Shown here: positions 1 to 8,757 of the stretch, one piece after another | Layout of the letters: each line of letters begins with the position of its first letter | Position numbering within the stretch: the first letter of the stretch is position 1 | Source: Gammaproteobacteria bacterium | GTDB lineage: Bacteria; Pseudomonadota; Gammaproteobacteria; Steroidobacterales; Foliamicaceae | NCBI GenBank assembly: GCA_026707445.1 | Contig: JAPOWV010000008.1 | Span: 15,855 to 79,854, forward strand | DNA length: 64,000 nucleotides | Reading direction: 5' to 3' | Notes under the pieces: model-generated | Databases searched by the model: none | What the model was told of the DNA's origin: nothing | The model's input: only the letters and a program-made list of their open reading frames with translations | Translations under genes and position numbers: made by a program

Positions 1-1
1 G

Positions 2-628
2 GGCCGCCTGGGCCCCAACCTGGACGGCATGGGCCAGACGCTTGTTGCCTGGCTGAAGGATCATTTCAGCGACGCGGGTCCGCGGCGGATCCTCGACATG
101 GGCTGCACGGTGGGCCACTCCACGCTGGCTTACTGCGATCACTTCCCCGATGCGGAAATCCACGCGATCGACGTGGCGGCCACCTGCCTTCGCTATGGCC
201 ATGCCCGCGCCGTCGCCATGGGCAAGGAAATCCATTTCTCCCAGCAGAACGCGGAACACACCAACTTCGACGACGGGAGTTTCGATCTCATCGTGTCTAC
301 CGCCCTCCTGCACGAAACCTCGCGCAAGGCCATCCGGGCCATCCACAAGGAGTGCCATCGACTGCTGGCGCCCGGCGGCCTGATGATCCACATGGACAAC
401 ATCGTGCCGGACAAGGCTCTTGAAAAGTACTATTGCGACTGGATGGCGAGGTATAACAACGAGCCCTACATGGGTGCGCTGCAGGACGAGGATATGGTCG
501 GGATCTGCGAACAGGCGGGGTTCGACAGGGACAAGATCCAGCTGGGTGAAGGGATCCCGCGGTTCCGGGACAAGTGCCTGGCGGAGAACAGGGCTTACGG
601 AAACCTGATGGTCTGCGCCCGGAAGTAG
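2..628 (+). CDS. Class I SAM-dependent methyltransferase (5' end probably outside the window)
   Basis: ORF 29..628 stays open in the same frame to the window edge. The SAM-binding motif LDMGCTVG lies only 22 aa after the first Met, so the true start is probably upstream. Also has HAIDV and LLAPGG motifs. Confidence 0.6.
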   Translation, partial: GRLGPNLDGMGQTLVAWLKDHFSDAGPRRILDMGCTVGHSTLAYCDHFPDAEIHAIDVAATCLRYGHARAVAMGKEIHFSQQNAEHTNFDDGSFDLIVSTALLHETSRKAIRAIHKECHRLLAPGGLMIHMDNIVPDKALEKYYCDWMARYNNEPYMGALQDEDMVGICEQAGFDRDKIQLGEGIPRFRDKCLAENRAYGNLMVCARK

Positions 629-653
629 TCCTGCGACTCCGGGGATCGGGTCG

Positions 654-2264
654 CTAGGGGATCAAGCGCTCAAAGAGTGCGAGAAACAGCAGCGTAAGCA
701 CGAAAAACGCCAGCAGCAGATAACAGACTCGATCCACCCTCCCGGGAACGAGGTACCAATTGCCTTCCTTCAGGGGCAGGCTCCGTTCCATGTGCTGCTT
801 GAGTTGACCGCGCACGGTGTAGATCGAGTAACCGGACTGTCGTCCATCGAGCAGAAGGCTCGCGGGCAATGACACGGCGACGTTTACCACGCCTCCAATC
901 AGGCAGTACCAGGGCCAGGAAATGTCCGTGAATGCCGCAACCCCCCAGACGACCATGAACCCGACGACCACTCCAACGAGAACCCCCCTCTCCGAAGCAT
1001 GCTTCGAGAAGAACCCGAGGCCGTACATGCTCAGCTTTGCGCCGACAAAATAGGAGCCGAGCTGGCTCAACGTTTGCAGGATCGAGCCCTCGCTGCGCGA
1101 CAGAGCAATCGCCGGACCGATAATCGCCGCCGCCCAGATCACGGTGAAAACACGCGAGGTCTTCAGGTAATGAGCGCTGCTCCGGCCGGGTCTGAAAAAG
1201 CGTTGATAAAAGTCGACGGTAGATACGGTGGCCATGGAATTGAGCGAGGAATCCAGGCTCGACATGGCCGCCGCGATCACTGCGGCGGCGATGACGCCCA
1301 TCAGGCCCGGCAAGGCGTAATCGGAGGCGAAAGCAAGGATTATCGTGTTGCTGTTTTCAAACTCGATGCCGTCGTAGTACCCGTAGAACAGCACGCCCAG
1401 GAACATGAACAGGAAATAGATGAAGAACGCGGCGAACCCCATCATGAGATAGGACTTCTTTGCGTCGCCGATGTTTTTTGCGGCCAGGGTCCTCTGGACC
1501 ATCATCTGGTTGGCGCCGTACACGGTGGTGTGGTAAAGCGCCATGGCGATTACGCCTGACCAGACGGTCGCTTCCCTGGTGAAGTCGAAAGAGAAGTCGA
1601 GCGCGTTTGTCTTGCCCTCCGACTTGAGACTGCTCAACATCTCCACAAGCGGAAACGGAAGCTCCGTAAGCAACGCATAGAAGATGATTCCGGCGCCGAC
1701 AAGCAATACTCCCGCCTGGATGACGTCGGTCCAGATGACGGCGGCAATGCCGCCGAGGATCGTGTACACCAGGGCCACCAGGGTGACGATCACAATGGCG
1801 TAGAGGACATCCACGCCGGTGATGAACTCGATGACCAGGGCGGTCCCATAGAGTATGGCTGCCGAGGTCAGGCCCTGCGAGACGAGGAAGATCCCGGACA
1901 TGGCCGAACGTGCGGAAGGACCGAACCGCCGCTCCTGGTATTCGTAGATCGAGGCGACGCCGCTATTGAAGAAGAAGGGCAGAAAGAAGGTGACTACCAG
2001 GAATATGACGATCGGGTAGTTGAGGTGGATGGCGATGACGGCCAGGCTCTCCTCGTAAGCCCACGCCGGACCTCCGAGAAAAGAGAGAGCGCTGACGTAG
2101 GTGGCGACTACCGAAATGCCGATCGCCCACCACGGCGTTGAGCGGCGCCCGAGATAAAAGTCCTCGGCGCTCGCGACGCGCTTGCTCAACGCGAATCCGA
2201 GCGCCAGATTGCCGGCCAGATAGGCGATCAGGATCGCCCAGTTCAGGGCGCCGAAGTCAGGCAT
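654..2264 (-). CDS. Sodium:solute symporter (SSS/SSF) family transporter
   Basis: 536-aa ORF with many hydrophobic segments. The N-terminal pattern (FYLGRR..WWAIGISVVATYVSALSFLGGP) is typical of the SSF family. Confidence 0.85.
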   Translation of the reverse strand: MPDFGALNWAILIAYLAGNLALGFALSKRVASAEDFYLGRRSTPWWAIGISVVATYVSALSFLGGPAWAYEESLAVIAIHLNYPIVIFLVVTFFLPFFFNSGVASIYEYQERRFGPSARSAMSGIFLVSQGLTSAAILYGTALVIEFITGVDVLYAIVIVTLVALVYTILGGIAAVIWTDVIQAGVLLVGAGIIFYALLTELPFPLVEMLSSLKSEGKTNALDFSFDFTREATVWSGVIAMALYHTTVYGANQMMVQRTLAAKNIGDAKKSYLMMGFAAFFIYFLFMFLGVLFYGYYDGIEFENSNTIILAFASDYALPGLMGVIAAAVIAAAMSSLDSSLNSMATVSTVDFYQRFFRPGRSSAHYLKTSRVFTVIWAAAIIGPAIALSRSEGSILQTLSQLGSYFVGAKLSMYGLGFFSKHASERGVLVGVVVGFMVVWGVAAFTDISWPWYCLIGGVVNVAVSLPASLLLDGRQSGYSIYTVRGQLKQHMERSLPLKEGNWYLVPGRVDRVCYLLLAFFVLTLLFLALFERLIP

Positions 2265-2288
2265 CGCCGAACCCGTGGGCTAGCGCAA

Positions 2289-4547
2289 TCAGTAGAAGCT
2301 GTAGGTAACGCTCACACCCCAGGTGCGCGGATTGTTCCAGTGCGCCTGCAGGGAGGCGAGGTCCACCGTTCCGCCGGGATTGAACACGACGACACGGTTC
2401 AACACCGCTTCGTCCTCCACGTTGAGCACGAAGGCCTGGGCCTGAATCCGGCTGTTTGCGGAGGTCCAGATGAGCCGCAGGTCGGACTTGGTATGCGCGC
2501 CCTGATCCACGCCCGGCACATTCACGTCGTGAGCGTAGTATTTGCCCGTATAGGTCGTCTGCAGGAAGGGCGTCAGCACACTGCCGTTACCCAGCACGAC
2601 GTCATGGCTGACCTGCAATCCCGTGGAAAACTCCGGGCTCAGCGCCGGAGCCCAGCCTTCCAGAGACAGCAGCGGCCTTTGCGGATCGTTCAGGTCCTGC
2701 CGCCCGCCGGCGTTCCCCAGCCCCGCCAGCCTGGAAACGTTGTACTCGCCGAACTCGGCGTCCAGGAACGACACCCATCCGGACACGTCCCAGTTCTCCG
2801 CTGGAAGCCATTTGACCTCCACTTCGAGGCCCTGGGCATCCAGTTCGCCGCCGTTTTCCGTGAATTCCGAGACACCGCCGCCGCCAAGGTAGATAAACGA
2901 CTGCGCGTGCATGTCCCGGTACTGGTTTGCGAAGGCGGCCACGTTCACCACCAGCCGCCCGTCCTGTAGCGTGCTCTTGAGGCCCGCCTCGAACGCCGTC
3001 ACTTCCTCGGGCGCATAAGACAGGGGCACATTCGGCGCGATGAAGTTGATGCCTCCGGCGCGGTAACCCGTGGAAGCCACGCCGTAAGCCATGACGTCCG
3101 GGGTCAGGTCATACTCGATGCCGGCCTTCCAGAGCGTCTTGTCCCACTCGCCCTTCTCGCCATCGCCGGGCCTCGGAACGGGAGGCCAGACGCTCCAGTC
3201 AAGCGGGTCGCGCTGCCCCTTGGTGTCTTCCGCGTACCGAACGCCCCCGATGAACCGCAGCCGGTCCGTCAGGCCGTAGCTGGCGTTCGCGAAATAGCCG
3301 ACGGAATCGGAAACATAGTCACCCTGCCGGTCCCAGTACGGCTCAATCCACTCGCCGTTCTCAAGCGCGTTCCAGTTCCAGTTGGCTGTCAGTTCGTAGT
3401 AGTAGTAACCAAGCAGCCATTCAAGCGGCCCCTCTCCGCTCGACACCAGCTGCACTTCGGCGGACCAGGTTTCCTGCGCGGAATCCCACCCCGTGAACCC
3501 GTTGTTCAGGGCGTCGCCGCCATCGCTGTAGTCCGAGTCGTACTGTTGCTGGCCCTCGAAATCGGTGAAGTTGTAGATCACCTTCAGGGTCGCGAAATTC
3601 CAGTCCCAGTTGAGAGACAGCGTGGCCGAAGTCGATTCGACGTCCGCAAGCGAAGCGAGGTTCCGGCTCACCTTCCACGGTCCCTGGTCGAAGTTGCCGC
3701 TGGCGTCCGCCGGAGCATATTGATGCCCCTGCCGGTAAACGCCGCCCACATAGCCGCCGATCTGCTGATAACCCCAAATGGCCGAGCCGTTGCTGTCCAC
3801 GGTCGAAGAGGCGACCCGAAGAGAGGCGTCGAAGGTGTCCGTGGGCTGCCACCTGAGCGTGGCGCGGAAAAACTGCATGTCCTTGTCGTTCAGGTCATCC
3901 GCGGTTCCGGGCTGATTGGTGTTTTCGATGTAGCCGTCGTGCGTGTCGGAGAGCGCCGCAAGCCGCACCGCGAAGGTGTCGCCAAGGGGAAGATTCAGCA
4001 TGCCTTCCACGCGATACCGGGAGTAGGCGCCGAGCAGTCCGCTTACGTCGTATTCGACATTCTCGAACGACGGCTCGTTGGTGATGATGTTGATCGTGCC
4101 GCCAAAGGTGTTCCGTCCGTAGAGCGTCCCCTGGGGTCCCCGCAAAACCTCGATGCGCTCGACATCCACGTATGCCCCCAGCGCCTGGGTCGTGGTAGGC
4201 ACATAGACTCCATCCTCGAATATGCCGACCACCTGTTCCGCTTCCGTGCCGACATTGTTGGTGCGGGTTCCCCGCATCGCCAGCCGCACTTCGTGGCCCG
4301 ACTGACCGAACCGCAGGCCCGGAACCATGTGTTCGAGGCGGGAGACGTCCTCTATGCCGCCAAGCTTCAGATCATCTTCATTGAACGCGCTGACGGAGGT
4401 GGAGACATCCTGAATGCTCTGCGATCGCTTGGAAGCCGTCACTACTATTTCCTCTATCGCCAGGTCCTGCGCCAGGACGGATTGGCCGAACAAAACGGCG
4501 CCGCCTGCCAGGATCACGTTGCGCAAGTACTTGCCTGGATTTCTCAT
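2289..4547 (-). CDS. TonB-dependent outer-membrane receptor
   Basis: Plug-domain motifs (EEIVVTASKR; IERIEVLRGPQGTLYGRNTFGGTINII) and a long beta-barrel region ending in an aromatic residue (..VTYSFY). Start moved from 4655 to ATG 4547 (MRNPGKYL.. signal peptide). GGAGGAGG lies 6 nt upstream of it. Confidence 0.9.
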   Translation of the reverse strand: MRNPGKYLRNVILAGGAVLFGQSVLAQDLAIEEIVVTASKRSQSIQDVSTSVSAFNEDDLKLGGIEDVSRLEHMVPGLRFGQSGHEVRLAMRGTRTNNVGTEAEQVVGIFEDGVYVPTTTQALGAYVDVERIEVLRGPQGTLYGRNTFGGTINIITNEPSFENVEYDVSGLLGAYSRYRVEGMLNLPLGDTFAVRLAALSDTHDGYIENTNQPGTADDLNDKDMQFFRATLRWQPTDTFDASLRVASSTVDSNGSAIWGYQQIGGYVGGVYRQGHQYAPADASGNFDQGPWKVSRNLASLADVESTSATLSLNWDWNFATLKVIYNFTDFEGQQQYDSDYSDGGDALNNGFTGWDSAQETWSAEVQLVSSGEGPLEWLLGYYYYELTANWNWNALENGEWIEPYWDRQGDYVSDSVGYFANASYGLTDRLRFIGGVRYAEDTKGQRDPLDWSVWPPVPRPGDGEKGEWDKTLWKAGIEYDLTPDVMAYGVASTGYRAGGINFIAPNVPLSYAPEEVTAFEAGLKSTLQDGRLVVNVAAFANQYRDMHAQSFIYLGGGGVSEFTENGGELDAQGLEVEVKWLPAENWDVSGWVSFLDAEFGEYNVSRLAGLGNAGGRQDLNDPQRPLLSLEGWAPALSPEFSTGLQVSHDVVLGNGSVLTPFLQTTYTGKYYAHDVNVPGVDQGAHTKSDLRLIWTSANSRIQAQAFVLNVEDEAVLNRVVVFNPGGTVDLASLQAHWNNPRTWGVSVTYSFY

Positions 4548-4626
4548 CTCTGTCCTCCTCCCCCGGCCCGGGCCACACGGGGCTATTGGAAGACGCCGCG
4601 ATGCGCCCCGCCCCGTAACCTCAAGC

Positions 4627-4655
4627 AATCTACTTCGCGTGAATTTCGCAGTCAA
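4627..4655 (-). promoter_or_regulatory. Putative sigma70 promoter for the TonB-dependent receptor (TTGACT-N17-TAGATT)
   Basis: On the minus strand, TTGACT (4655..4650), a 17-nt spacer, then TAGATT (4632..4627). This sits about 80 nt upstream of ATG 4547. Sequence match only. Confidence 0.35.
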
Positions 4656-4658
4656 GCG

Positions 4659-5954
4659 TCAACGAAGAGCCGAGTACACGCGGTTGCGAAAGTCCGTCTG
4701 AATGGAGAAGTCGGGATGACTCCCTCTCACCTGCGTGAATATCAGGGCAATCAGCTCGTTTGAAGGGTCGATCCAGAAGGAGGTGTTGGCAGCCCCGCTC
4801 CAATAGACATTGTCCCTGACTTCCGCTCGCTCGGACTTCGACGGATCGACGACAATGGCAAGGCCCAGCCCCCATTCCGCGCCCGGAATCCACGCGTCCC
4901 CCTCGTCCACGTCCGGCTGTGGCGCGAACAGAAGCTCGACGCTCTTGGGCGACAGGATGCGCGCTTCGCCATACGCGCCGCGCCGAAAAAGCGCCTCCGC
5001 GAATCGCCAATAGTCGGAAATGGTGCCGACAAGCCCGCCGCTCAGTGAAGTCAGCGCTACCGGGCACTCAAAGGCCGTTTCGCCGCCTCCCTCGACCCGA
5101 CTCAGATTCCCGCCTTCGTCATACGTATAGAGTGAGGCGAACCGATCAAGATCCTGTCCGGACACGCAGAAGGACGTGTCGCGCATGCCCAACGGATCGA
5201 GCACTCCGGACCTGAGTATCGAAGGAAGATCGGAACCGGCCGCCCGTTCCACGAGCATGCCCTGCACGTCGTTCGATACGCCGTAGGTTCTGCGCGTCCC
5301 GGGATCGTGGAGCAACGGCAATGCGCTTATCCGCAGATAGAAATCCGACAGGGACGCCGGAATATTCTCGTACTCGTTCGGGAAGTGCTCGACGACCCCG
5401 CGCTCCTCATACATCCTTGCAACTGCATCGTCGTTCCACACCGCGGTAAACCCCGCGGTATGCGTCAACAGGTGCCGAACGGTCATGCGGGATCGGCTTT
5501 TTCGCGTCCGCGCTTCGGGGTCATGGACCAGCGGCTCGGAAAACTCGGGCAGGAATGTGCCGACTTCCGTGGCGAGACCATACAGACCCGCTTCGATCTG
5601 CTGCAGCGTCAGCACGGAAGCGATCGGCTTGGTCATGGAGTACAGCCGGAAAAGATGGTCAAAAGAAAGCGCCGTACGGTCTTCCCGATCGGCAAAACCG
5701 ATGGAAGCCTGGAGCACCGCCTGTCCCCTGCGCGAGATCATCAGATTGACGCCGGGCAGCCTGCCGTCGCGGACATCCTGGACGTACGAATCAAGCAGAG
5801 TCCCCAGTTCCGCCTCGTCGAATCCCAAGGCCACTGCATCGGGCGATGTCCAGGAGAGCGCGACCGGCACGTCCGGCTCGGTCGCAAAGCCAACGTTTGC
5901 GAGGTTCGCAAGGCTCAGCCCAAAGGCCAATGCGGTCCTTCTCGACAATGTCAC
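4659..5954 (-). CDS. Serine hydrolase, beta-lactamase/transpeptidase-like family, probable Tat signal
   Basis: SxxK motif (YSMTKP) in a class C beta-lactamase-like context. The longest ORF reaches 6032 but overlaps the upstream gene by 62 nt. A GTG at 5954 gives M-TLSRRTALAFGLSLANLANVGFA, a twin-arginine-type signal. Confidence 0.75.
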   Translation of the reverse strand: MTLSRRTALAFGLSLANLANVGFATEPDVPVALSWTSPDAVALGFDEAELGTLLDSYVQDVRDGRLPGVNLMISRRGQAVLQASIGFADREDRTALSFDHLFRLYSMTKPIASVLTLQQIEAGLYGLATEVGTFLPEFSEPLVHDPEARTRKSRSRMTVRHLLTHTAGFTAVWNDDAVARMYEERGVVEHFPNEYENIPASLSDFYLRISALPLLHDPGTRRTYGVSNDVQGMLVERAAGSDLPSILRSGVLDPLGMRDTSFCVSGQDLDRFASLYTYDEGGNLSRVEGGGETAFECPVALTSLSGGLVGTISDYWRFAEALFRRGAYGEARILSPKSVELLFAPQPDVDEGDAWIPGAEWGLGLAIVVDPSKSERAEVRDNVYWSGAANTSFWIDPSNELIALIFTQVRGSHPDFSIQTDFRNRVYSALR

Positions 5955-5970
5955 TACCTGAGCCTGAGGG

Positions 5971-6870
5971 TCAGTGCTGGCGGCGCTGCGGCAGGAACCC
6001 GGTCGCCAGGAACACGACGACGAAGACGACAAGCACGGTCCACATCGCCGCCGAGTACTCCAGCGGTTTGAGCCAGACCTCGTCGTAGAACCCGTAGCGC
6101 GGCGCCAGCTCGCCGAAGGGGACCCAGAAGATGGCCTTGGTGGGAATGGCGTAACGGATCGCGGCCATCACCCGGGTGAATTTCATCAGCCGCCACAGCA
6201 GCCAGCATCCCCAGACCGCCAGCACGGCAGCGATGCCGTAGGTCGCGGGATGGCCATAGCCGAGAAACCTGGCATCACCGAGAAACAGCGAGGAGCCGTA
6301 GAAGAACCAGGTCACATAGAGCGTTTCCAGGAACGTAATACGGCAGATATTGCGTCCCTGCCCCGGCTCGCGTTCGCCAAGATTGAGGCGGCCCTTCTTC
6401 TGAATCCAGTAAAAGGCATTGCAGCGGGTGTTCTTGTTGAACACGAAGAACAGCAGCGTCGCCACGCAGATGCCGAAGGAACCCTGGATGTAGAGCAGAT
6501 GCGCGGGCCACTTCACGCCGGGCCCCACTTCCGGCATGGGCAGATTGAGTGAAACCTCGTTGAACTTGAAGGAATACGAGGCCCAGCCGATCCAGATCAG
6601 CATCCCGGCGGCGAACCCGAGCAGAGTGCCGCTGACTTCGTCGTTACGCTTGATTCCGATCAGCAGAAGAGCCGCGGCAACGGCACCCACGCCGATAAAC
6701 AATCCGCCGGCGTTTTCGTAGCCGATCAGGTCCCGCACCAGGATCACGAAGGAGTGGGCCAGCGGCAAGGCCAGAAGGACGGCGAAAAAGGCGATCACGC
6801 CGATAAACGGCGGTCGGTAATACCGCCGCCAGAACGATCGTCTCGCGTCGGCGGATCGGGTGTCAGCCAT
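5971..6870 (-). CDS. Hypothetical polytopic membrane protein (about 7 hydrophobic segments), family not recognised
   Basis: 299-aa ORF. ATG 6870 overlaps the hpnC stop (ATGGCTGA), and GAGGAGG lies just upstream. Repeated 20-aa hydrophobic stretches. Confidence 0.7.
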   Translation of the reverse strand: MADTRSADARRSFWRRYYRPPFIGVIAFFAVLLALPLAHSFVILVRDLIGYENAGGLFIGVGAVAAALLLIGIKRNDEVSGTLLGFAAGMLIWIGWASYSFKFNEVSLNLPMPEVGPGVKWPAHLLYIQGSFGICVATLLFFVFNKNTRCNAFYWIQKKGRLNLGEREPGQGRNICRITFLETLYVTWFFYGSSLFLGDARFLGYGHPATYGIAAVLAVWGCWLLWRLMKFTRVMAAIRYAIPTKAIFWVPFGELAPRYGFYDEVWLKPLEYSAAMWTVLVVFVVVFLATGFLPQRRQH

Positions 6871-7825
6871 CGTTCGCCTCCTCGCGAAAGCGTTGCAGGT
6901 TTCTATCGCGCAGCCGGCGTCCGACGCCGGTCAGAAAACAGCCCAGATATTGCGCCTTGCTCAGCACGACCCGCTCCTCCAGCGGGTCGCGGCGGCGCAA
7001 TTCGGAGCAAAGCTTGTCGGCGATGGCCACGATCACCGCCGCTTCCATGCCGAAGCGAAGGTCGTGAAGCTGCCCGGGCAGCTTCCTGGCCAGCACGAGC
7101 AGTTCGCCGGTCGCATCCAGGCACCGGTCCATTACCTGTCTCAGCGCCGGCGTGGAGCGGGTTCCGGCGAGATCCTCAACCGGACTCCCCGCCTCGTTCA
7201 TCCAGCGCTGCGGCAGGTACACCCTGTTCAGGGCCTTGTAGTCATCCGCACAGTCCTGCAGATGATTGAGCACCTGCAACGCGTTGCAAAGGGCGTCGGA
7301 CGCGGGGTACGCGCTGGCCGGCTGACCGTGAAGGTCCACCAGGTAGCGACCCACGGGGGCCGCCGAAAAATTGCAATAGCCCATCAGATCGTCCCAGTCG
7401 TCGTAGCGCAATTTGGTAGCGTCCTGCTTGAACGCGCGTGTCAGGTCCACGCAATGCCGGTGCGTGACCCCGGTCTCCCCGAGGCTGAGGCGGATTTCGT
7501 GCGCCTTCCGCAGTGCGGGGTCGCCGCTGTCGTTTCCCGCCACCGCCCGCGCGAACCGGTCCAGGCGCCCTATTTTTTCCTGCGGCTCAAGGTCGGGATC
7601 GTCGGCGATATCGTCAATCGCGCGCGCGTAGGCATAAAACGACGCAATGTGCACGCGCAGCCGTGCGGGCAGCAGCCACGAGCCGACCGGAAAGTTCTCG
7701 TCCCCCGCGCCCTTGCCCGAAGGACGCTCAACGGCTGAGACCCGATGCAATTCTTTCTCCCGATTCAGACCGGCGCGCATACGCAGCGCTATGCCGGTAT
7801 GATCGGGAATATAATGCATTCTCAA
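6863..7825 (-). CDS. hpnC: Squalene/phytoene synthase family protein, HpnC-type (hydroxysqualene synthase)
   Basis: GKGAGDENFPVGSWLLPARLR..FYAYARAIDDIADD matches the HpnC signature (ENFPV). It neighbours hpnD and hpnE. Start uncertain: TTG 7825, ATG 7819 or ATG 7780. Confidence 0.8.
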   Translation of the reverse strand: MRMHYIPDHTGIALRMRAGLNREKELHRVSAVERPSGKGAGDENFPVGSWLLPARLRVHIASFYAYARAIDDIADDPDLEPQEKIGRLDRFARAVAGNDSGDPALRKAHEIRLSLGETGVTHRHCVDLTRAFKQDATKLRYDDWDDLMGYCNFSAAPVGRYLVDLHGQPASAYPASDALCNALQVLNHLQDCADDYKALNRVYLPQRWMNEAGSPVEDLAGTRSTPALRQVMDRCLDATGELLVLARKLPGQLHDLRFGMEAAVIVAIADKLCSELRRRDPLEERVVLSKAQYLGCFLTGVGRRLRDRNLQRFREEANDG

Positions 7826-7860
7826 TCGATAAACGGGCCGTACAAGCTAAGGGGGTAAGC

Positions 7861-8757
7861 TTGAACCAAGTCAGGATCGCACATCAATCGATGACCAGGC
7901 CTGCCGACCCGGTTCCGGAGAAAATATCGCCTGCGGCGCACGCGAATCGTGTGGTCAGGCAGTCGGGGACTTCCTTCTACTGGGCCATGCGGTTGTTGCC
8001 GGCGGAAAGGCGGCAGGCCATGTACGCGGTCTACGCCTTTTGCCGCGAGGTTGACGATATCGTCGATTCACCCGGCGAACCCGCGGAAAAGTTGCGGGCG
8101 CTCGAGCGTTGGCGGGAAGAAATCGACCTGCTTTACAGGGGACAACCCGAGTGGCTTACTTCCAGGGCCCTGCTGGAACCTGTGGATCAATTCGACCTGC
8201 CGCAAGAGGAGTTTCAGGCCATTATCGATGGCATGGAAGTCGATGCGGCTCCCCGGGTTCGCATACGTTCAGTGGATGGCCTGCTCGACTACTGCCGGAA
8301 AGTCGCGGGCGCCGTGGGCATGCTCTCGATTCGGGTCTTCGGCATGCCTCAGAAGCCGGGCCCGCGAGTCGCCGTGGCCCTCGGCAACGCCTTGCAGCTC
8401 ACCAATATCCTGCGGGACGTCAAGTCGGATGCGGCCAGGAATCGGCTCTACATTCCTTCGGAGGTGCTGCAAAAGTACAGTGTGGACGAAAGATCGCTGT
8501 CCCGCATCATCGTTCATCCCTCCTTCGCCGGCGCCTGCCTGGAGCTGTCGAGACTCGCCCGACGCTACTATCTCGAAACCGAGTGGTTGCTGAAGGGTCT
8601 GCGGCGGGGCCTGATGCGCCCCGCCGTGATCATGCTGGAAACCTACCAGGAAACACTGAATCTGCTCGAAACGCGCGGCTGGAAGAAGATTGCCGATCCG
8701 GTGTCGCTCAAGAGTTGGCGGAAGATCTGGCTGGCGCTGCGCCATGGGCTCTTCTAG
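7861..8757 (+). CDS. hpnD: Presqualene diphosphate synthase HpnD (squalene/phytoene synthase family)
   Basis: SFYWAMRLLPAERRQAMYAVYAFCREVDDIVD and LQLTNILRDVKSDA motifs. The long ORF from 7513 is a GC-rich 5' extension. Real start is TTG 7861 (AAGGGGG SD upstream) or ATG 7891. Confidence 0.85.
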   Translation: MNQVRIAHQSMTRPADPVPEKISPAAHANRVVRQSGTSFYWAMRLLPAERRQAMYAVYAFCREVDDIVDSPGEPAEKLRALERWREEIDLLYRGQPEWLTSRALLEPVDQFDLPQEEFQAIIDGMEVDAAPRVRIRSVDGLLDYCRKVAGAVGMLSIRVFGMPQKPGPRVAVALGNALQLTNILRDVKSDAARNRLYIPSEVLQKYSVDERSLSRIIVHPSFAGACLELSRLARRYYLETEWLLKGLRRGLMRPAVIMLETYQETLNLLETRGWKKIADPVSLKSWRKIWLALRHGLF

